From positions 124,001 to 188,000 of IMG/VR virus record IMGVR_UViG_3300040801_002079: a stretch of DNA of 64,000 nt, one strand, 5' to 3'. The translations under genes were made by a program, and so were the position numbers. Numbering within the stretch: position 1 is the stretch's first letter; every line of letters begins with the position of its first letter. Below the pieces are notes generated by a model. The model saw only the letters and a list, made by a program, of their open reading frames with translations. It was not told the origin of the DNA and did no database searches. Below, piece after piece: positions 57,362 to 64,000 of this stretch.

Positions 57362-58393
57362 CTATGATCGGTTTATTTTTCCAAGATTTTCTCGAACAGA
57401 AGACCGCTTTATCTCATTTTCAATGCGAGTAACAGTATCAGCCAATGATTCGATTGCATCCGTGTTCTGTGAGTTCATTATAAGCTTTTTAAGATCATTT
57501 AAATCATCAGAACTAATGGATGGTTCAGAGGAAGATTGCGTCTCTTCAGGGACTTCTTCAGGGACTTCTTCAGGGACTTCTTCAGTATCCCCCATATGAC
57601 TCACCGCATTATCAATACTATCCACTGTGTGCACTCCTGCATCATCTATAACGTGCTTTGCTTCTTCAACAATATCATCTATAGCCTTAGCAGCCGTTGC
57701 ATTGGCCTTTTCTTCCTCTCGCTTTCTCAGGGCTATATTCGCAGCCAGTGTTAAACTAACCGCCAATGGATCGAAAACACCAATTATTATAAGAACAAAC
57801 CAGAATGTAGCTTTATCGGGATTCTCACCCAACACCTCTGCTACATATATAATAGGTCCAATTTTCGCCTCTGTTGTTAACACATTGCCCTTTAGCTCTA
57901 AAAGCTTAGCATCCGTGTCTTCCAGTTTCTGGATAATGTCCTGCTTTTCTTCCTCATATGTGCGGATAAGTTCCATTCGCTTAGTGATATAATCATCACC
58001 GGTTCTAGCAATGTCAGAGTTTATTCCATCTAATCTTTCTTGATATGATTGTCGCTGCTGCTCATAGATTACAATTTGTTCTTGTTGCTGCTTTAAACCG
58101 ATAGAGTCTGTCTGGTATGCGGCAGTTAGGAATCCAAAAATGCCCAACGATGTAACAACCATAAGAGTGAATACAGCAATAAATAAGTAAGTCTTAAGCA
58201 GTCTAGGTGTAGATGACCAATATCTATAGAGATAAGAGGCAGCAACAAGTTTTCCTACCTCAAGTGCACCACCCATGATTATAACAGGTATAAAAGAGGC
58301 TGAGAATATTTGCGCCAAACCGTAGACACTAAAAAACGCGGCAGACGATGCTACCGCGAATGCGCTTAGTATTAATAGTAAAATAAAACCCAT
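57362..58393 (-). CDS. Conserved T4-like-phage membrane protein (3 N-terminal TM, coiled coil, TM)
   Basis: AAFFSVYGL...LEVGKLV...GIFGFLT...IGPIIY...VFDPLAV; internal EEVP x3 repeat at about 57543-57585. Confidence 0.7.
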   Translation of the reverse strand: MGFILLLILSAFAVASSAAFFSVYGLAQIFSASFIPVIIMGGALEVGKLVAASYLYRYWSSTPRLLKTYLFIAVFTLMVVTSLGIFGFLTAAYQTDSIGLKQQQEQIVIYEQQRQSYQERLDGINSDIARTGDDYITKRMELIRTYEEEKQDIIQKLEDTDAKLLELKGNVLTTEAKIGPIIYVAEVLGENPDKATFWFVLIIIGVFDPLAVSLTLAANIALRKREEEKANATAAKAIDDIVEEAKHVIDDAGVHTVDSIDNAVSHMGDTEEVPEEVPEEVPEETQSSSEPSISSDDLNDLKKLIMNSQNTDAIESLADTVTRIENEIKRSSVRENLGKINRS

Positions 58394-58411
58394 GAGGGTA
58401 TTTATCTATTT

Positions 58412-58747
58412 TTAGGATGCTACTGGATTTTCCTCAGTAACACATACAACCTTTTCAAAGTCAGTAAACCAAAACTTTTCGGCATCATGAGCATCAGTCA
58501 GCGTCATAGCATTAGTCCAACCAAGAGCTTCGATAAGAATATACTCACCCTCTTGAATTAAACTCGTGTCCACATCTGGACCCAGCTTTAAAACCTTACC
58601 CCAACGGTCTTGATTAACCTGATTACTTCTATCTTCAATCAGGTGAATCCCGCCAGCAGACTTACTATGAAAAGCACTGTTTTCAATATCTTCTACAAAC
58701 TGAAATAAAATTTTTGTGTTAATCGGCTTTATTGTTTCTAAACTCAT
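58412..58747 (-). CDS. GroES-like co-chaperonin
   Basis: IKPINTKIL, SAGGIHL mobile loop, GKVLKLGP, GEYILI. Confidence 0.8.
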   Translation of the reverse strand: MSLETIKPINTKILFQFVEDIENSAFHSKSAGGIHLIEDRSNQVNQDRWGKVLKLGPDVDTSLIQEGEYILIEALGWTNAMTLTDAHDAEKFWFTDFEKVVCVTEENPVAS

Positions 58748-58748
58748 G

Positions 58749-59024
58749 TTATCCTCTTTTTTTAATTATTTTGCGTTTTTGATTTTTCATTGCTTCAGGC
58801 TTTTCTTCAGGCTCAGGTTTCGCCGCTTTAGTTTCAACCGGCTTATCCGTCTTGTCAAGCATTTTCTGAACTGCCCTCTTAGAGCCGCGCTTCCGTTTAG
58901 AGTACACAAAGTCTTCTCTATTTTTCACATCAGCGGAAACAGGCTTGTCGCCTATTTTTCTTTTAAGTTCCAGTAAATCAAAATCAACTACTTCGCCTTT
59001 TATACTTGTAGCTTTTCGTGCCAT
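58749..59024 (-). CDS. basic hypothetical protein
   Basis: GEVVDFDLLELK motif; late promoter at 59054. Confidence 0.6.
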   Translation of the reverse strand: MARKATSIKGEVVDFDLLELKRKIGDKPVSADVKNREDFVYSKRKRGSKRAVQKMLDKTDKPVETKAAKPEPEEKPEAMKNQKRKIIKKRG

Positions 59025-59056
59025 CGTTATAAACTCCCAATATCTCTTTTATATAT

Positions 59057-59653
59057 TTATGCTCTAAAAAAATCTGCGATATCAAGCTCATAGTAGATGC
59101 TATCAACATCATGAACTCCTATCAAATAAAGTACATATGAACAGCACGAGCTTCCCCTGCCTGTCCCCCATATTATTCCATTTTCCATAAAGGTGTCAAC
59201 AATGTACATAAGAGATTTTAATAAATCTGATAGCCCCCGTTCTTCCCATAGCTTCAGTTCCATGTTAACGCGGTCAACTCGCTCCATTATCTCAGTTTCG
59301 GTAAATGTATTACTGCGTAACTCGGATTCTAAACTATTGAATACAACATTATTTATCGATAACTCTTTGTATTCATTAGGGATATTCCAGTTAAACATTT
59401 CATCACTGAAATTAAGACTGGTTTTATTTTTTATCCTTTTCCCATCTTCCGTTAAATCATTAAAACGTTTAACAGAAAAATCTTCGGGATCAATGATAAA
59501 GCTATCAATCCAGTCATCCTCACCTGATAATATCTTATCAGCAAGCCCCTTTACGGTATATGATGAATCACCATCAAACCATAATATTCTTTTATCAAGA
59601 ATAGTGTATGGGTTAGATAAAGCTTGATTCGTAGTTTCCATCACTTGTGTCAA
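59057..59653 (-). CDS. DNA polymerase III alpha (DnaE)-like fragment, N-terminal palm half
   Basis: RVNMEL...WGTGRGSSCCSYVLYLIGVHDVDSIYYEL..DFFR matches the DnaE GRGS region. Confidence 0.85.
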   Translation of the reverse strand: MTQVMETTNQALSNPYTILDKRILWFDGDSSYTVKGLADKILSGEDDWIDSFIIDPEDFSVKRFNDLTEDGKRIKNKTSLNFSDEMFNWNIPNEYKELSINNVVFNSLESELRSNTFTETEIMERVDRVNMELKLWEERGLSDLLKSLMYIVDTFMENGIIWGTGRGSSCCSYVLYLIGVHDVDSIYYELDIADFFRA

Positions 59654-60059
59654 TCTCTCCCATCTTATGCACCGTACCTGTATCTATAACCTTTCGTCCA
59701 TTACCAGAATCTACCACTTTTGGATCGCTGGTCTTCTGTGTATGTACATGACGTTTCCTCTGGATTGGTTTATCAGGCAGCTTCACTGTTTCATCCATGT
59801 CCAAATTTGTTAAAGGACCCTCGGGTCTAGGCTTCTTCTGTGCTACCGGTTGCTGATTAGGATTAGCTCGTGGTTGTTGTTGGGCTGGTGCGGCAGGAGC
59901 AGGTTGTCTTTCAACAACCGTGTCTTCCAATTGATCAATTTTATTTTTAATTTTTTCCCATTGTTCGGCATTTGGACTCCATCCCTCGGGTTGGAAATCC
60001 AGCACACCATCTAACCAATTTTTAAACTCATTAACCGAAACTGTTGTTTTTTCACTCAT
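59613..60059 (-). CDS. hypothetical protein
   Basis: EFKNWLDGV...WSPNAEQWEKI, Pro/Gln-rich linker. Confidence 0.65.
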   Translation of the reverse strand: MSEKTTVSVNEFKNWLDGVLDFQPEGWSPNAEQWEKIKNKIDQLEDTVVERQPAPAAPAQQQPRANPNQQPVAQKKPRPEGPLTNLDMDETVKLPDKPIQRKRHVHTQKTSDPKVVDSGNGRKVIDTGTVHKMGEIDTSDGNYESSFI

Positions 60060-60096
60060 AATAATAAATCTCCATAGCGTGACAATTTTATTTATA

Positions 60097-60585
60097 CTAA
60101 ATTAAATCGCCTATAACCATGTCCTTTAAATACTTATTATAGCTATCTGTGGGAGCAATGCAAGCCCACATATCACATCCTAGTGGATGACACAGCATCG
60201 TATTCTTAATAAGTGATGGCGTTTGCACGTTAGTATACGGATCATAGTTTATAACTCGCACAACATTTGGAACCAATTTTTCGGTTTTATGGTTATACAC
60301 AAATGCGGAAAACGTATGTTTTGTTAAATCTGAAAATTCAACCACATCAAGTTCTGATGTTTCAGGTGAGTATATTAATATATTCCAATCTGCTGGGGCC
60401 TCAATTGAATATCCATGTATGGATATGCGCAGAGTTTTAGCGCCTTCAAGTTCTTCATTGAGAACCAATTCTCTAAGAGTGAAGTCCATTATCTCAAGGT
60501 CTAATGCCCAGAAGTGACTGACCGGAAATGGTATATCAATATTATCAAGTATGATGGGGTCGTTATGCTCGTCAAGTAGAATCAT
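60097..60585 (-). CDS. conserved hypothetical protein downstream of UvsW
   Basis: 162 aa, overlaps the helicase stop. Confidence 0.65.
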   Translation of the reverse strand: MILLDEHNDPIILDNIDIPFPVSHFWALDLEIMDFTLRELVLNEELEGAKTLRISIHGYSIEAPADWNILIYSPETSELDVVEFSDLTKHTFSAFVYNHKTEKLVPNVVRVINYDPYTNVQTPSLIKNTMLCHPLGCDMWACIAPTDSYNKYLKDMVIGDLI

Positions 60586-62092
60586 CTGAAATGCCTTTAT
60601 ATTTTATTATATGTTTATGGTCTATAGTATGCCCTTCTTCTTTATAAAATGCAATACGTTCTCGTATATGTTTTTCCGAATAATATAAGTTGGAATAAAT
60701 GTCATAAACATTTACCACATCCTTATCATCTGCCTTCCTCAATCCACGCCCAAGTGTTTGAATAACTCGAACAAAACTCTTTCCAGCATCGACCATAAAA
60801 ATATTGAAAATTCTTTTAATATTTAATCCAACTGCTGCCAAACCATATGTTGTAATCATGATCACATCATCTCTTTCGGCAAACATGTTGAATTGTTCTT
60901 TTCTAACTTTTGTATTTTTGTCACCGTATATAAAAACAGAACCCGGAATCATTTCTTCCAACAGGGTTCCTTGTTTCTTAGTGTTAACTAAGATCACAGA
61001 GTTCCCGGATTGTTCAGTTTTTGCTTTAACAAATTCAGAAATAAACAAATTTCTCTCATAATTTTTGGATAAGTATCCTCGCTCATTAGCAAATTCAGGA
61101 TACAATGCTTTCTTATATTCAGAAAATGTTAGAGGCTTAGGGAATTTTTTACTAGGTTTAAAATTCTCCAAATATATATCATAATCCGGACGCAAATCTT
61201 CATCCAGTCCAAGTACGGTTAACACCATCGTGGATAACCATCCTTGATCAATTAATTCCTTAGCGGGAATCTCATAAAGTATTTGCCCCAATGAGCAACG
61301 CAAAGTGCGAAGATCACATGGATGTGGAGGAAATGTTCCGGTCATGCCCGTCTTCACATAACAATTGCTTCCATATTCATTTAGAATTTTATTAGCTTGT
61401 GATATGAAATTTTTACCACCATGACATTCATCCATTATTATATGCTTATACTTGCGAACAAAGTCTTCTTGATTCATTAGAGTTTGCCATGTACTGACAA
61501 CCACAGGATGATCTATATCTTTTTTAGAATCTCCCCAGAGACCAACATCTTTACTGAATTCATTAAACTCAAGAACAGTCTGGTAAATCAAATCTGTCGT
61601 GGGAACAATTATCAATGTTTCAAGTCCACAATGTGTATAGTACAGATCATGCAGAACCCAACAGCATACCGTCTTACCGGCACCTGTTCCACCTTTAATC
61701 ATTCCACCATTGTTCTGAGTTAATGCGTTTATTGCATTTACCTGATGATCGCCCAGTGTCCATCCAAAATCAGCAAGATAATGTTTATCAATTTTAGGCA
61801 CATTGAGTGAGATTTTATCTCTGGTATCTATAATTGATATTTCATATCCGAAATCCTTTATTATGGGAATAATATCAGGTAAGAGGTTGATGCAGACTTT
61901 ACCATTTTTCGTAAAGAATCGGTGATAACCATCCCATATCTTAGCTTTATATTTCGGGTTAAAAAAGTAGTTAGGTGTTTGCAGTTTAAAAGCGTCACAT
62001 ATAGCAGCATATTCACCGGGACCTAGCCCGATGACAACTGCGTCTACTTCATTTAATAATTTTATCTTTGCTTCTTTTTTTATTGTCTGCAT
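60572..62092 (-). CDS. uvsW: UvsW-like SF2 DNA helicase
   Basis: GTGAGKT, STWQTL, DECH, TGT, GLNIKRI, QTLGRGLR. Confidence 0.92.
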   Translation of the reverse strand: MQTIKKEAKIKLLNEVDAVVIGLGPGEYAAICDAFKLQTPNYFFNPKYKAKIWDGYHRFFTKNGKVCINLLPDIIPIIKDFGYEISIIDTRDKISLNVPKIDKHYLADFGWTLGDHQVNAINALTQNNGGMIKGGTGAGKTVCCWVLHDLYYTHCGLETLIIVPTTDLIYQTVLEFNEFSKDVGLWGDSKKDIDHPVVVSTWQTLMNQEDFVRKYKHIIMDECHGGKNFISQANKILNEYGSNCYVKTGMTGTFPPHPCDLRTLRCSLGQILYEIPAKELIDQGWLSTMVLTVLGLDEDLRPDYDIYLENFKPSKKFPKPLTFSEYKKALYPEFANERGYLSKNYERNLFISEFVKAKTEQSGNSVILVNTKKQGTLLEEMIPGSVFIYGDKNTKVRKEQFNMFAERDDVIMITTYGLAAVGLNIKRIFNIFMVDAGKSFVRVIQTLGRGLRKADDKDVVNVYDIYSNLYYSEKHIRERIAFYKEEGHTIDHKHIIKYKGISDDST

Positions 62093-62093
62093 A

Positions 62094-62573
62094 TTATATG
62101 CTCATGATAATATCTTGAGCTTCGAGTTCTATCATTTTCAAATAATTGTTTAATGTGTAGGAACGCTGACGGAATTGCTTACCAACAACATCAGCCCTCT
62201 CTCTCAATTCCGATATCTCTAATCGTAAGCGCCTTAACTCTATGTATTTCTTATTGCCCGATATTAGACGCTTTATCGCTGTTTCCGAATGATTGTAACC
62301 AGACTGCTGCTTAATAGACGTATAGATTTCTTCTTCTCGTTCATCCAGTTTAATATCGAAATATGTTAACAGTGTGTCCAGATCAACGCGGATTTGATCA
62401 TAGTATGCGGCCCATGAGTCCTGCTCAATTAATGCATTTGCAATGTTCTTTCCATCTATCTTTAAAGTATCTTCCCATCCCTTTAGCTTATTTTCGTATT
62501 TAATCAAAAAGTCACCCAAGGCTTTGTAATCAATGTCGCCATTATCATGGGTTATCATGTTAACAGTACTCAT
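62094..62573 (-). CDS. uvsY: UvsY-like recombination mediator
   Basis: helical 159 aa, position between UvsX and UvsW, QFRQRSYTLNN. Confidence 0.7.
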   Translation of the reverse strand: MSTVNMITHDNGDIDYKALGDFLIKYENKLKGWEDTLKIDGKNIANALIEQDSWAAYYDQIRVDLDTLLTYFDIKLDEREEEIYTSIKQQSGYNHSETAIKRLISGNKKYIELRRLRLEISELRERADVVGKQFRQRSYTLNNYLKMIELEAQDIIMSI

Positions 62574-63163
62574 GATTTCCCCTCTGGTCTTAATAACATG
62601 AGTTGCTTTATCTGATCTTCATCTAAATCCATGTCAGTTAAATCAAAACCCTCATATTCAATTTTCTTAGGCTGATTCTCCTTTGGCGTAGATTTAGGGG
62701 TTGGGATTTTAACCCCATCTTTAAAGCATTCAAAATATTTCTTTAGAAATGCATCATCTGCAACCATTAGGTCCATCTCTTCTTGACTAGAAGAAAGAAC
62801 AAGATCACTATATTCTTTAACAAATTTTACCAAGCCATCAAAATCAGCGTCATCAACCAGCATTAACGGTAGAATTACCCTCATGTGTGTGACATAATTG
62901 TTTACATTGCTTGCGTCAATGTAAACAACGTCTTCGTTTTCTCCACGCATGATGGTGCCTTCCCTATACTTTGCTGCACCAATTAAGTCTATAAGTGCGT
63001 TATTGTTCCTATGGAAGTCAACGTTAATCCACTCTGCCGTCATCTCATCATGACACATATCCTTGAAAACTTCATCGAACACAACCGAATAGTCCGATAA
63101 TATATTAACGGTTTCATCGATTGCGTGTTGATTGCGTTTAGCAATTTTGGCAGCTAATGACAT
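62570..63163 (-). CDS. hypothetical protein
   Basis: ATG 63163 directly after the UvsX stop. Confidence 0.65.
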   Translation of the reverse strand: MSLAAKIAKRNQHAIDETVNILSDYSVVFDEVFKDMCHDEMTAEWINVDFHRNNNALIDLIGAAKYREGTIMRGENEDVVYIDASNVNNYVTHMRVILPLMLVDDADFDGLVKFVKEYSDLVLSSSQEEMDLMVADDAFLKKYFECFKDGVKIPTPKSTPKENQPKKIEYEGFDLTDMDLDEDQIKQLMLLRPEGKS

Positions 63164-63164
63164 A

Positions 63165-64000
63165 TTAATCGGATTTATCCAAGTCTTCGGTTGGGATTTC
63201 ATATTCCAGAACATCGTCTATTGCCTTAACTTCTTTAAAGATAGCATCCTTATACTCATCAAGATTTTTTCTCTGAAATTTATTTTCACCGAATGTATAC
63301 CACGCTCCACTTCTCGTAACAACGCCTAGTGCTTCCGCAGCTTCAAGTATACCAGAATACCAATCCATTCCCGTTTCATACGGAACTTCAATGATACACT
63401 TTTGAAACGGCTTAGTAAGCCTAGTTTTTGCCCCAAACGCTTCCAGAATAATACCTTCGAATTTGTTTGTCATATTATCCTTTAGCAGACGGTTCGTTAG
63501 CATTACAATCTGCGTATATGCGAATTTCAACGAGTGGGTTATTTTTTCAGGCTCACGCTTATTCGTATAAGAATCCTGATTCTGATATGTTTGCTTGGTT
63601 GCCACAACCCCCATGCGATGCTTTCTAATGCGATGCATGATTATTGACTGGAAACTCTTAAGCTGCTTAGCCTGTTGTCCCATATCAGCGGGGTTTTCTC
63701 CCTTTTTCCCTTTCTCAGCTTGTGTATCGGTTTTTAATTCATCAAGAGAATCGATGCATATGAGGTATGGAATCTGTTCACTCTTTGGTGCCTTTTCATA
63801 TTCATTAAAGAATGTAGCCAAAACTTTAGTTGCTGTGGCAATAGAATCAACGCCGTTATACGAGTAGTATGGATTGTCAACATCCACGCCAATCTTGCGC
63901 ATATATTCATTATCCAGTGCATGTTCGGAATCAATAATGAAAACGCCATAACCTTTTTTCAAAACTTCCCTAGCGGCATTTCCAATTAGGAAACTTTTTC
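63165..64000 (-). CDS. uvsX: UvsX/RecA-like recombinase (5' truncated by window edge)
   Basis: (G)KSFLIGN P-loop at the edge, IDSEHAL, IDSLDEL, GADMG-like PADMGQQAK, GAWYTF. Confidence 0.92.
   Translation of the reverse strand, partial: KSFLIGNAAREVLKKGYGVFIIDSEHALDNEYMRKIGVDVDNPYYSYNGVDSIATATKVLATFFNEYEKAPKSEQIPYLICIDSLDELKTDTQAEKGKKGENPADMGQQAKQLKSFQSIIMHRIRKHRMGVVATKQTYQNQDSYTNKREPEKITHSLKFAYTQIVMLTNRLLKDNMTNKFEGIILEAFGAKTRLTKPFQKCIIEVPYETGMDWYSGILEAAEALGVVTRSGAWYTFGENKFQRKNLDEYKDAIFKEVKAIDDVLEYEIPTEDLDKSD

Noticed and set aside
57543-57585. 12-nt tandem repeat as a regulatory element
   Set aside because: It encodes EEVP x3 inside a low-complexity region of a membrane protein.
46764-59653. 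Split-intein DnaE trans-splicing
   Set aside because: Neither fragment has intein N-terminal (C/S) or C-terminal (HN) blocks, and the break differs from the cyanobacterial site.
1-64000. Genome-wide TAG recoding (genetic code 15/16)
   Set aside because: Long genes have no internal TAG and are intact in code 11, and TAG ends many genes at sensible boundaries.

Overview
A 64-kb segment of a T4-related jumbo myovirus genome with a Gram-negative, probably proteobacterial host. Evidence: T4-type late promoters (T)ATAAATA before most virion genes, UvsX/UvsY/UvsW, clamp loader, gp61-like primase and an i-/o-spanin pair. Structural genes include about ten fibre/adhesin-like proteins sharing a Thr-Pro-Val linker and a tandem array of four paralogous fibres. 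Accessory regions carry counter-defence and metabolic genes: NadV plus NadM-Nudix NAD+ salvage (NARP2-type), an Acb1-like 2H nuclease, a second 2H phosphoesterase, a macro domain, RNA ligase, MazG-like, PhoH, Hsp20, GroES-like and ClpP. Most notable signals read directly from the sequence: (1) a circularly permuted two-piece tmRNA (tag ANDSIYDQALAA) immediately upstream of a phage ClpP; (2) a tRNA whose canonical register gives an amber CUA anticodon, overlapping the end of four consecutive same-frame ORFs separated only by TAG codons (macro domain to 2H phosphoesterase); (3) a DnaE/PolIII-alpha palm split into two genes about 12 kb apart without intein; (4) several long-stem structured RNA candidates tied to late promoters. 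All protein assignments come from motif recognition, not database searches.
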